Shown here one piece after another: positions 13,203 through 25,152 of a DNA stretch of 64,000 nt (the stretch's first letter is position 1; each line of letters begins with the position of its first letter). The DNA is from Malacoraja senta (taxonomy: Eukaryota): contig CM075989.1 in assembly GCA_038087875.1 (NCBI GenBank), positions 20,958,001 through 21,022,000 on the forward strand. Direction: 5' to 3'. Below the pieces are notes generated by a model. It did not search any database. It saw nothing but the letters and a program-made list of their open reading frames with translations, and was not told the origin of the DNA. A program made the position numbers and the translations under genes.

Positions 13203-14318
13203 ACTGCAACTACAACTTTATTTATATAGCCATTTCATACACGAGGCAGACTCAAAGTGCTTCACATAAAAACATGTCATACAATAAAATTAAATAATAA
13301 ATGAAATAAAATAGAAGAATTAAAATAAAATAAAAGCAAAGTTAAAAATGCATTATAGAAAAGAGCAAAAGTTAAAAGTGCAATGTAGTTAAGATTTAGC
13401 TGAAAGCTAAAGTAAACATAAAAGTTTTCAGTCTTGTTTTAAAAGTGGTGAAAGTAGGGGCAAGTCTTAAATCTTCAGGAAGTTTATTCCAGCTATTTGT
13501 TGCATAGTAACTAAATCCTGCTCTCCCATGTTTTGTATTTACTCTGGGAATCACTAACAGATTGGTCTCAGAAGATCTTAGCGGTCTAGAAGGCTTATAT
13601 AGTGGAAGCATGTCAGTGATATACTTTGGCCCTAAACCATGTAGTGATTTATAGGTGAGCAGCAGGATTTTGAAATCAATTCTCTGACATACAGGGAGCC
13701 AATGTAAGGATTTAAGAATTGGTGTAATGTGTTCAAATTTGTTGGTCTTTGTTAGAACTCTAGCAACAGCGTTCTGAACAAGCTGTAGCTGCCTGACAGT
13801 TTTTTTCCGGAAGACCTGCAAGGAGACCGTTACAATAATCTAGCCTACTAGTAATAAAGGCATGTACAAATTTTTCTAAGTCATGAGCTGACATGAGTCC
13901 TCTTAGTCTTGCTACGTTTTCGAGGTGAGAGTAGGCCGATTTTGTTACTGATTTGATGTGACTGTCGAAATGTAAATCTGAATCCATAATAACCCTGAGA
14001 TTTCTGGCTTTGTTTGAAGTTTTCAGGGACAGAGAGTGAAGGTGTTGGGTTACTTTAAGCCTTTCTTTTTTAGCACCAAAAACAATTATCTCCGTTTTGT
14101 CCTTATTTAGTTGGAGGAAATTTTGGCACATCCAGTCTTTGACTTGCTCAATGCACTGGCACAGCAGATCTATGGGGCGATAGTCATTTGGTGATAGCGC
14201 TACATAGATTTGAGTGTCATTGGCATAGCAGTGGTGGTCAATATTATTATTTTGCATGATTTGCCCTAGTGGGAGCATATAGATGTTGAATAAAGAGGGC
14301 CCTAAGATCGAACCTTGG
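13203..14318 (-). mobile_element. 5'-truncated L2-clade LINE (frameshifted RT C-terminus plus 3' tail)
   Basis: QGSILGP, HCYANDTQIY, SRLDYCN, HITPILKSLHWLPV..RIDFK. L2-type tail TGTGAAGCACTTTGAG...GCTATATAAATAAA. Confidence 0.9.
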
Positions 14319-14414
14319 TTGGTTCTGATACAAGTAAGCAGGGAAATTGTTTTTGTAGATGTCACACGTTTGGAGCAGATTTCTCTGGAAGTGTGAGCAG
14401 TAGTATTTTAAAAA

Positions 14415-14743
14415 GGGCGGCACAGTGGCACGGCGGTAGAGTTGCTGCCTTACAGCGCTTGCAGCGCCAGAGACCCGGGTTCGATCCTGAATACGAGTGC
14501 TGCCTGTAGGGAGTTTGCACGTTCTCCCCGTGACCTGCGTGGGTTTTCTACGAGATCTTCGGTTTCCTCCCACACTCCAAAGACGTACAGGTATGTAGGT
14601 TAATTGGCTTGGTGTGTGTGTAAATTGTCCCTAGTGTGTGTTGAATAGTGTTAGTGTGCAGGGATCGCTGGTCGGTGGGGACTCGGTGGGCCGAAGGGCC
14701 TGTTTCCGCGCTGCATCTCTAAACTAAACTAAACTATACTAAA
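14415..14743 (+). mobile_element. HE1-like SINE, full length
   Basis: GGGCGGCACAGTGG head, B box GGTTCGATCC, tail GGGCCGAAGGGCCTGTTTCC and (CTAAA)n. Confidence 0.9.
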
Positions 14744-15059
14744 AGCTGGGGCACTGTCAAATATTCAGTCTCTCCTCTAAGCCAATTTACTGTGCTTGCA
14801 CTAATCTGACAAGGGACTCCCAGCTAGCCTGCTGATGTCACTGACTCCGAAATTGTACAGGGTCCACTCTTCATGTACAATGCTTACGATATATAACCTG
14901 TCAGGACTGAAAAATTAATTCTGTAAAGAAAATAGAGATGTAGGAAGTACTGAATAAAAGATAAAACAGTGATAAATGTAAACATTTGGCACTGCATTTA
15001 AGATCTATTTACTAAAGACTGAAATGTATAAAATAATATCTTTATGACAGGATATGTCC

Positions 15060-16935
15060 CTGAGAGTCACATAAAAATGTAAAATGGGAAAAATGCTGTC
15101 AGAAATACTGGAGAGCAAAATATCTAGCAAGAATGGGGACACTGCAGAAAATAAATAACAGTTGAGCAAAAGGAGCACAGAAGTTGCTGAGATACAAAGC
15201 TAATAAAACCCAATGATCTACAGTGCATCCCAGAGTTTGAAAGAGGCACTCTAGGCCTAGATAGAGTGGACATGGAAAAGATGTTTCCAGTAATGGGAGA
15301 ATCTAAAACCTGAGGGCATAGCCTCAGAATACAATTATGTAACTTTAGAATGGAGATGGGAGGAATTTCTTTAGCTGAATGGTGGTGAATCTGTGGAATT
15401 CATTGCCACGCACTGCTGTGGAGGCCAAAACATTGGGTGTTTTCAAAGCAGAGATTGATAGGTGTTTGATTAGTAAGGGCGTCAAAGGTTACGGGGAGAA
15501 AGCAGAACAATGGGGTTGAGAAGGAAAAGTAGATCAGCCATGATTGAATGGCTGGGGTAGACTCGATGGATCAAATGACCTAATTTTGTTCCTATGTCTT
15601 GGCTGTTATGGTTTTTTAGAGATAGTAGATACTCTGATTAGCTTCTTCCTCCCTCCCCCATCCAAGTCGCACCAGGTTCCTGTTCTCACCTAGCAAACAG
15701 CTAACAATGGCCTGTTTCCTTTATCATAGTTACTATTTTGCATATCTTTCATTCATTTGTTCTGTATCTCTCTACATCATTGTCTATATCTCTCGTTTCC
15801 CTTTCCCCTGACTCTCAGTCTGAAGAAGGGTCTCGATGCAAAACGTCGCCCATTCCTTCTCTCCAGAGATGCTGCCTGTCCCGCTGAGTTATTCCAGCAT
15901 TTTTTGTCTACCTTTAACATCTTGAATATTCCACCTCAGCTGCAGCAGTTCCTGTAGATTTGAGGAGAGCAAATGTGACCCAACTTTTCATGAAAGGAAT
16001 AGACAATAGACAATAGAAAATAGGTGCAGGAGTATGCCATTCGGCCCTTCGAGCCAGCACTGCCATTCAATGTGATCATCGCTGATCATCCACAATCAGT
16101 ACCCCGTTCCTGCCTTCTCCCCATATCCCTTGACTCTGCTATCTTTAAAATCTTGACCGTGGAAAAAACAGAACATCTAACCAGTCAAGCTGATCTAAAA
16201 AATAAGGAAAATGCTGAAATATCTCAATGAAGAATCTAATAAGAGATGTAGAAATGAAAAAAAAGAACAGGACTGAACAGATCTAATATGGATTAATGAA
16301 AGGAAAATCATATTTGACTAATCTATTTGAGTTTAATGAGGATGTGACCAGTAGGATAGATAAGGACAACCAGTGGATGTGGCATCTTCCGATTTTCAGA
16401 AGGGTTTTAATGGTTTAACATGAAAGGTTCATCAACAGAATTAGAGAATGTGGATTTGGGGCTAATATATGGCATGGATTGAGAATGATTAACAGAAAGA
16501 AAGCAAAGAGTTGTGAATAAATGAATGGGGCGGCAAGGTGGCGTGACGGTAGAGTTGCTGCCTTATAGCGCCAGAGACCCGGGTTCGATCCTGACTATGG
16601 GTGCTGCGTGTACGAGTTTGTACGTTCTCCCCGTGACCTGCCTGGGTTTTCTCCGAGATCTTCGGGTTCCTCCCACAATCCAAAGACGAACATGTTTGCA
16701 GGTTAATCGGCTTGGTATAAACGTGAATTGTCCCTAGTGTGTGTAGATAGCATTAATGTGCAGGGATCGCTGGTCGGCGTATACTCGGTGGGCCGAAGGG
16801 CCTGCTCCCACGCTGTATCTCTTTAAAAAAACTAAAATTGTTCTTGAACAAGCTATAGAAGTGTATACAATTTGACTCTCAAAAGACATGTAGACATGTA
16901 TATGAATAGGAGGGATTTAGAGGGATACTAGACCA
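15060..16935 (+). mobile_element. Old, fragmented CR1 sequence interrupted by younger repeats
   Basis: Decayed RT-coding and 3' UTR segments, interrupted by Penelope (~15640-15915), a CR1 tail (-, ~16005-16145) and a SINE. Confidence 0.6.
16527..16837 (+). mobile_element. HE1-like SINE, full length
   Basis: Head, central box and tail as in the other copies. Confidence 0.88.
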
Positions 16936-18180
16936 AGTGTTTAAGAAGGAACTGCAGATGCTGGAAAAATCGAAGGTAGATAAAAATGCTGGAGAAACTC
17001 AGCGGGTGAGACAGCATCTATGGTGACAGCATCGAATGGTGACGTTTCGGGTCGAGTGTATCACATCTGGATCCTTTAATATAAATTGAAGTAACCAGAA
17101 CTTATACATGTTTTCGATATCTTTTCAAATGCTTTGGATGTGGGTATATTTATTGTTCCTCTTGCAGTCCACACAACAATCTTCATCCAGAAAGTAATGT
17201 ATTTATTCCATAGTCCAGCACATCTTTTTCTGCATTAATCTCTTTAAGGTGGAAAAAAACAATTAAGTTGCTGCAAATCTCTTAATGCATTGAAATTGAG
17301 ACTAATAAATGTTAGAACATTAGCAATTACAAATGTGCAGGTCTAAGCACAGTGTGTAACTGTAACGCTACATACATAAGCCATTTTTACTCTTTTAATC
17401 ATTTCAGTATTCACGTAGGCATATCATATCGTGGTTTTTACCTGTTTATGTCCAATTACTGAAATGCTCTTGATATGAAATTTTTTAATTGCGTTTTCTT
17501 TTGTGTTAGTGATGTGTAAGATATTTGGGTTTAACTTTATGGGTGGGTTTCCAGCTAATGTTGAATTTACTGGAGGATATTATTTCTTGTTAATCTGGGT
17601 GTGATGCATATCTTGAAATAGCAGTCAATATTAACCTTCACCCGACATTGATAGAGAATAATGTGGTCATGCAAAGGGAGGACCTAAAGCAAGTTTATCA
17701 CAAGGGGAAAATAAGGTACTGGGGACATTAATGGTGTAAAGAGATGGCTGGTCGCCCTGCATATAATGACCTGCGCCCAAGACTCTTAAAGGATGTGGCT
17801 CCAGAATGGTTATAATCTATCACAATCCCTTGGTTTCTTAAGAGGTCTCAGAAGTTTAGAAAACTGCACATACAAGGTTTTTTTTACACTGAGAGTGGTG
17901 GGTTCCTGGAATGTGATGCCTGTGGTGATGATGGAGGCATATACAAAAGTGACGTTTACTGTAAGATGGTTTTGGATAGACACGGAAAGGATGGAAGGTA
18001 GACACAAAATGCTGGAGTAACTCAGCAGGTGAGGCAGCATCTCTGGAGAGAAGGAATGGGCGACGTTTCGGGTCGAGAACCTTCTACAGTCTGACTTTAT
18101 TCCTTGGAGAGCAGGAGGCTGAGAGGTCACGGATCTTTTAGGGATTTTAACAGGTGTATGAATATCACCCAAAATGATCT

Positions 18181-18484
18181 TTTAGTTTAGTTATTTAGCT
18201 TGGAGATACAATGCGGAATCTGGCCCTTCGGCCCACCGAGTCTGCACCGACCAGCGAGCCTCGCACATTAACACTATCCTACACGAGGGACAATTTATAT
18301 TTATACCAGCCAATTAACCAACAAACCTGTAGGCCGAGAGGAAACTGAAGATCTTGGGGAAAACCCAGGCAGGTCATGGGGAGAACGTAGAAACCCGGTA
18401 CAGACAAGCACCCATAGTCAGGATTGAACCCGGGTCTCTGGCCGTGTAAGGCAGCATCTCTACCGCTGCACCGCCGTGCCTCCC
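18181..18484 (-). mobile_element. HE1-like SINE
   Basis: Matches the other copies. Confidence 0.85.
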
Positions 18485-20478
18485 TCGTGTTCTACTGTGT
18501 TCATTTTGTTTGGTATATTATGAATGAATGAATAAATGAATGAATGAATGAATAAGTTTATTGGCCAAGTATGTAGACATACAAGGAATTTGCCTTGGTG
18601 CTCCGCTCGCAAGTAACAACAAGACATACAGTAAACCAATTAAGAATAAAACATAAAACATTAAAACATTAAGAATAAAACATCATAGTTTAAAGATGTG
18701 AATGAAATAAAATACCAGAGCAAAAGGAGGCTACAGACTTTTGATTATTGAGTAGAGCTACTTCTCGTGGAAAAAAGCTGCTTTTATGTCTGGCTGTGGC
18801 GGCTTTGACAGTCCGGAGACGTTACTCTCTGCAATTCTCTGCAATGCAGGATTCTCTGCAATACCATCACAGCCCTCATGTTGCAAGAGTGAGTCAACAT
18901 GCTGTTCAAGTCTCCTGATGCCAAAGAGGCGATAGATTCTCACACCTACTCTCATTAAGCCGATTCTGTGCAAAGCAACCAAACACTGAAAGTATACGTT
19001 TAAGTAAGGAACAACAATCAGCGTTTTGGCTTTATACTTTTATAGTCTGATATTATTGATAATTGATAATTAATTTGTTGTATTATTGGTTGTTATTTGT
19101 GGCTTATTATGGGCCTGTAAAGCTACAGTAAGTAAGAATTTAATTGTTCTGTTGCCGGCACATGTTGATAATTAAACATTTTTGGCCCTTGACGTTTTCT
19201 TGTAATCAACAGAGGAGCAAGTAGATTTTGCAGTTGTAGAAGTGTTGAGTTTTATATCTGTATAAACCACCATTCTACAGCTTAATTGTATCTTGTATAT
19301 ATGACAATAAACCCGTCTTGAGTTGAACGTATAAACCCAACGGCTTCAAACCTGTCAGTCTATTTGCTGCCATTTAGTGGCAGCAAAGATGACTTTGAGA
19401 AGTTTGCAACCTGCTTGAGATTCCCACATCACCAAACCTCTTCTTGCTGTCTATGAGCCAAAGTTACACCAGAGGGACAAGCAGTGCGAACATGTCATCT
19501 GTCTTGTCTTAACTCAAAGGCATATCCTGAAAGGATGTTTTAATCAACTTTTTTACACAAAGGGTGGTAGGTGTATGGAACGGGATGCAAGAGGAAGTAT
19601 TTGAGGCTGGTACTATCACGGCATTTGAGAAACATTTGGACAGGTACATGGATAGAATAGGTTTGGAGGGATATGGCCAAACACAGGTAGCTGGGGCTAT
19701 ATGTAGATGGGACAAGTTGGTCGGCGTGGGCAAGTTGGGCCAAAGGGCCTGTTTCCACGCTGTATATATGACTCTATGATTCTCGAAGAAAGAACCTGCA
19801 CAAAAATGATAACGAGCAACTTTGCATTCAACGACAGTAATGCCACAATCTACAGTAGTTTGTGCATGAAAAGGTAGCCTGTGAACAGATGAATGGCTAT
19901 AGAAAAGTGATTAAAGCCGAGTACATCAGAGCTGTGCAGAAATGCATGGAATTCAGATCTCCACCGTCACAATTTGATTAGTACGGGTGTCAAGGGTTAT
20001 GGGGAGAAGGCAGGAGAATGGGGTTGAGAGGGATAGATCAGCCATGATTGAATGGCAGAGTAGACTTGATGGGCCGAATGGCCTAATTCTGCTCCAACAG
20101 CTTATGAACTTATGAACAACCTGGGACGACCTGTGAAATGCGCTGACTCCATGGGCAAGCGTGCAACTCCATGCAACATGCAGCCAATTGAAGTGACCAC
20201 CACAGAAGGAGCACAGTAGAGGCATAATGTGGGCCAACACACACACTTGGGACAACTTACATTTATACCAAGCCAATTAACATAAAAAGCGGTACATCTT
20301 TGGAATGTGGGAGGAACCCGAAGATCTTGGAGAAAACCTGCATGGTCACGGGGAGAAGGTACAAACTCCATCCAGTCAACAACAGTAGTCAGGATCGAAC
20401 CCAGGTCCCTGGCGCTTAAAGGCAGCAACTCTACCGCCACGTCACGGAAGTCTTAGTAAAGGGTGCACTGGACTAGAA

Positions 20479-21690
20479 GTTTAGTTTAGTTTAGTTTATT
20501 ATTGTCATGTGTACTGAGGTATACTGAAAAGCTTTTTGTGGCATGCTTTCCAGTCAACGAAAAGACTATACATGGTTACAATAAGCCGTCCACAGTGTAA
20601 AGATGATAAAGGGTACAATTTTTAGTGCAAGATAAAGTCTGATACTTCAAAGGTCTCCAATGAGGTAGATGGGAGCAAAGGACCGCACTTTAACTGGTCA
20701 AGGATGGTTCAGTTGCCAGATGACAGCTGGAAAGAAACTGTCCCTGAATCTGGAGGTATGCATTTTCAAACTTCTGTACCCCTTGCCCAATGGGAGAGGG
20801 GTGAAGCAAGACTGAGACTGGTCCTTGATTATGCTGGTGGCCTTGCTGGGGCAGCGTGAAGTGTAGATGGAGTAAATTGAAGGGAGGTTGGTTTGCGTGA
20901 TGGTCTGGGCTACGTCCACAACCCACTACAATCTCTTGCGGTTTTGGATGAAGATATTACAAACCTTTGCTGTGATGCAGCCTGAAAAAATGCTTTCTAA
21001 GACGCATCTAGAGAAGTTGGTGAAGGTTTTTGGGGACATGCCGAACTTCCTAAAACCCCTGTCCCACGGTACGAGTTCATTCCAAGAGCTCTCCCGAGTT
21101 TGCCCTGATTCGAATTCGGAGATTTACGGTAATGGCCACTCGTCGGTACTCGGGGCTCTCGTGGACATTTTCCAACATGTTGAAAAATCTTCACAAGTCT
21201 TCCCGTGCTTACCTGCTGTTAGCGAGTCTTCCCGAGTACCTGCCGTTCGCGTTATGAGCCGCTAAGAGACGTCCCCGTACCCCGCTACATTCATTCTCCG
21301 TGCTTACCACGAGTTTGATTTTTTTTAAACTCGGGAGAGCTCTTGGAATGAACTCGTACCGTGGGACAGGGCTTTAAGCCTTTTAAGGAAGTAGAGGCTT
21401 TGGTGTGCATTCTTGGCCAAAGTGGCTGGCCCAGGACAATTTGCTGATGATATTTAATCCTAAGAACTTGAAACTCTTGACAATCGCTACTTCGGCGCCA
21501 GCAATGTACAGTATTGTACTGTGTCGCTTCTTGAAGTCGATCACAATCTCCTTTGTCTTGCTGACATTGAGGGAGAGGTTGTTGTGTTGGAACCAAGTTA
21601 CCAGGTTCTCAATCTCCTTCCTGTACTCCATCTCGTCATTACTTGATATCCGGCCCGCCACGGTAGTGCCGTCTGCGAACTTGTAAATTG
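20479..21690 (-). mobile_element. Rex1/Babar-like LINE fragment interrupted by a MITE
   Basis: NNLSLNVSKTKEIVIDF, FKFLG and TSRFRDSFFPAVI motifs; (CTAAA)n tail. Confidence 0.8.
21054..21374. mobile_element. PIF/Harbinger-type MITE (321 bp)
   Basis: About 48-bp TIRs, 45 bp perfect (CCCTGTCCCACGGTACGAGTTCATTCCAAGAGCTCTCCCGAGTTT). 3-bp TAA TSD (21051-21053, 21375-21377). Empty site visible in the paralogous LINE at ~49910-49930. Confidence 0.9.
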
Positions 21691-23612
21691 AGTGCAGCTT
21701 TTAAGGGCCGTCTTACTCCACCAAGATCTGATTTAGTTGGCCAGCACTGTGGCTGTAAGTTCAGGCCATTGTCTGCGCAGAGTTATTTGATTTCAGTTGG
21801 AGGAACGCTAGGAAATTGTCATTAGATGCAAAGCCTTTAGGTAATGGAAAGGAAAATTGCTTGTGCAGTGACCCTAGCCAGAAATGTAAAAATATAAGTG
21901 TCTGGTTGGTTTCAATTGTGTGACTACCACAGTCTGCTGACACACAATATTAAGGTTAACATTTCAATTCGTGAGCACGATGGCAGAACAGCCAAATTAA
22001 TGCCGAGGGAAAATATTATGGAGAGAAAACATCAGCGATCCCTTGGCAAGTTTAAAAGAATATGAGGATTATTATCATCAGTGGCATGATCAAAGTAGGA
22101 GGCATCATTAAGAAATGCAAGAGTAATCTGATCTGATTTTTGCTCAAAATGCAAATCCATTTTGGCATCGACAGCAAAAGTGCAACTGTTTGATGATGTG
22201 ACAGGATACACGCGTGTGGTTGATTATGTAGTGTGAACATATTGAGACGCACTCTGCCACAGATGCTCACTTAGGAATTCAAAATCCCACTGTCTGCTGC
22301 ATCTTGTAAAATTCCAAACAACTAAAACGGGAATGTTCCAATTTGCTGCTATTGGGATTGGCGCAAGCCTAATTGCGAACTGTTAGACAATCAATTGTAT
22401 TTTGTTTTTATATATTGCCCAAAAAATATCATTGAGATTTCAGTTTAAAAATGAACCCCAGCAGTTCCAAGGTGAGAAAGAGACGAAGGAGTGGACGGCT
22501 GGTAGTTCTGTCCACATAACGGTGAATCTCCAGAAATGTGGCAGTTTCGATAGGCAGATTGTTTCAGTGGCAATTTTCTCCTCAGCTGCTGTGTAGAACA
22601 ATACCTCCCAGATTTCTTTACTCGCTGAACAAGAACAGAGACAAATCTAGATAAATGGAAGACTATAGCTGTAGATTAACCCTTGCGACAACTGACCCAC
22701 AAGGACACGCACTGGTCCTGGCACCAACACCAGCAGAGGGCATTTGAAACCCTCAAACAACTAATGTCTTACACTCCAACCCTCGCATACTTTAATGCCA
22801 AATTACCCGTCACCCTGACCTGTGCGATGCCTCCCAGTGTGGATTGGGCGCTGCTTGCCTACAAAATGACGGAAAGGGCTCCAAACCAGTTGCCTTTGCC
22901 TCCGGTACCATGACCGATACCGAACAGCGCTACTCTCAAATCGAGCCTGCAAGAAATTCAAGGACATTATCTTTGGCAACCCGATCATGGTCGAAACCCA
23001 TCACCAGCCCCTGGTCAGTATCCTCAGTAAACTGATCCACACGGCACCAGCGTGTTTACAACGCATGATGATGGAACTACAGAGATATGACATCAGACTA
23101 ACCTACAAACGTGGTAAGGACATGCGCTTAGCTGACACCCTCTCACGGGCACCTCGCCCAACCTGCGAAAAACACCTATCTGATGATGAGCACAAGGGGT
23201 ACACGGTTATGATGGTCTCCTGCCTCCCATCTGCCGGTTTAGACATCCTAGTGTCACAAACAGCTGCAGATGAAACACTACAATCGCTGGCCACTGTTAC
23301 CCGCCGCAGCTGGCCAGACAAACAGCTGTCCAACCATTTTTCCCTGTCCGTGACGAACTGGTCATTCAGGATGGCGTGATAATGAAAGGACACAAGGCTG
23401 TCATCCCGAAGTCTCTTCACAGCAAGTACTTTGACATTGTCCATGGGGGCCATCCTGCTGCAGAAATAACCCTTCAACTTGCGAAAGGAATGCTGTTTTG
23501 GCCAGACATGGCCAACTACATTCTAGAGAAGGTTGCTGCCTGCCCGATCTGCAATAGCTTGACCCCGCACCAACAGAAGCAACCACTCCTCTCACACCGC
23601 CCTGGTCCACAG

Positions 23613-23776
23613 TAGCAGCCGACATCTTCAAGTGGCACAGCCAACAATTCCTGGTTTTAGTTGATTCCTACTCAGGATGGTTTGGAATCGAGCTGCTCCA
23701 TAGCCCGACCTCAGCCATGGTCATTCAGAAACTAACTCATCACTTCTTTGTCCACGGAGCCCCCCTAACGCTGCTC
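23613..23776 (+). repeat. Left copy of the 164-bp direct repeat flanking CR1
   Basis: Identical by eye to 28403-28566. Confidence 0.95.
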
Positions 23777-24058
23777 GGTCCGGGTGCGGCCCGGGCTGTC
23801 GTCGAGGGAGGAAGGACGGAGCCGCGGCTCGTGAGGCTAACAGAGGCAAAAGAGGTTTGCCACGCACTGCAAGGGAGCAGTGGACCAGACAGGAAGAGCG
23901 GACGGATTACTATTAGACAGCCAAACCAGTAGGTAATATACGGCTGGGGTGAGTACTTTCCCATTTATAGGAGGTAGGATTATATAAATAAGGGGTGTAT
24001 TAATATAGTAATCCGGGTAGGGGATTCTTAAATAGGACCAGTTATTTACTTATATAAG

Positions 24059-25021
24059 ATGGGCGGCCAGGAGATGTGCCAATACTGTGAGATGTGGGAA
24101 TTTGTCGACACCATTGATGTAGATGGTGTGGATGATCCCTACAGCTGCAGTAAGTGTTTGAGGCTAGCGGAACTCGAGCTCCGCATTGAGGAGCTGGAGA
24201 TCCAACTTCATACGCTGCGGTACATCAGGGAGGGGGAGTATTACCTGGATGTTTTGTACCAGGGGATGGTCACACCGACCAGTTTAACTAATTCAGTAGT
24301 GAGTGAGCAAGGAAAGGAAGGTGTGGCCATAAGCGAGGCAGGTAGGGGGAACCAGGAGGAGATGCGGCAGGAGCCACAGCCCTTGTTCCTGACGAGCATG
24401 ACCGAGGCTCTTACTCAATGTGAGGACGGGAACAGGGGCTGTGGGAGGGATGAGCAACCTGGCTGCAGCACCGTGGATCAGGGGGACATTCAAGAGGGGG
24501 GAGTTAGAAGAAATGCCGTTGTGATAGGGGATAGTATTATTCGGGGGGTAGATAAGGTTCTCTGTGGCCAGCAGAACATGTCCCGAAGGCTGTGTTGCCT
24601 ACCCGGTGCTAGGGTTAAGGATATCTCTGCGATGCTGGAGAGAAATTTGCAGTGGGAGGGGGAGGATCCAGTGGTCGTGGTCCATGTGGGGACCAATGAC
24701 ATAGGAAGGACGAGGAAGGAGGATCTGCTGAAGGAGTTTGAGCAGTTAGGGAATAAATTAAAAAGCAGAACCTCGAGGGTACTGATCTCCGGATTGCTAC
24801 CTGAGCCACGGGCCAAATCGGCGAGAGTACGTAAAATTAAAAAGCTGAATGCGTGGCTAAAAGACTGGTGTGGGAATAATGGGTTTGGTTTCTTGGGCCA
24901 CTGGCACCAGTACTGGGACAGGGGGGATCTGTTCTGTAAGGACGGACTTCACCTGAACGGTGCTGGGACTGGGGTCCTGGCAAATCATATAACTAGGGCA
25001 GTAGAGAGGTCTTTAAACTAA
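24059..25021 (+). CDS. CR1 ORF1 protein: N-terminal CxxC..CxxC/coiled coil plus SGNH (GDSL) esterase
   Basis: CQYC..CSKC, heptad leucines, VIGDS, HVGTND and DGLHL blocks. Intact 320-aa ORF. Confidence 0.9.
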   Translation: MGGQEMCQYCEMWEFVDTIDVDGVDDPYSCSKCLRLAELELRIEELEIQLHTLRYIREGEYYLDVLYQGMVTPTSLTNSVVSEQGKEGVAISEAGRGNQEEMRQEPQPLFLTSMTEALTQCEDGNRGCGRDEQPGCSTVDQGDIQEGGVRRNAVVIGDSIIRGVDKVLCGQQNMSRRLCCLPGARVKDISAMLERNLQWEGEDPVVVVHVGTNDIGRTRKEDLLKEFEQLGNKLKSRTSRVLISGLLPEPRAKSARVRKIKKLNAWLKDWCGNNGFGFLGHWHQYWDRGDLFCKDGLHLNGAGTGVLANHITRAVERSLN

Positions 25022-25026
25022 GTAGC

Positions 25027-25152
25027 GGGGGGGAGGTATCAAGGGTGGTAATAACGGCAGGGGTAGAGGAAATAGAGCAGGGTATCAGTGGGGGGGAGGT
25101 ATCAAGGGTGGTAATAACGGCAGGGGTAGAGGAAATAGAGCAGGGTATCAGT
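25027..25152 (+). repeat. 63-bp tandem duplication (2 copies) between ORF1 and the ORF2 endonuclease
   Basis: Copies start at 25027 and 25090 and preserve the frame (21 codons). Confidence 0.9.

Noticed and set aside
14415..14490. tRNA gene (likewise at other SINE heads and ~32410-32483)
   Set aside because: A/B boxes run into the SINE body and tail. These are SINE heads, not tRNA genes.
22440..22630. Minus-strand exon-like segment with a good acceptor and two open frames of about 60 codons
   Set aside because: No convincing donor and no recognisable protein.
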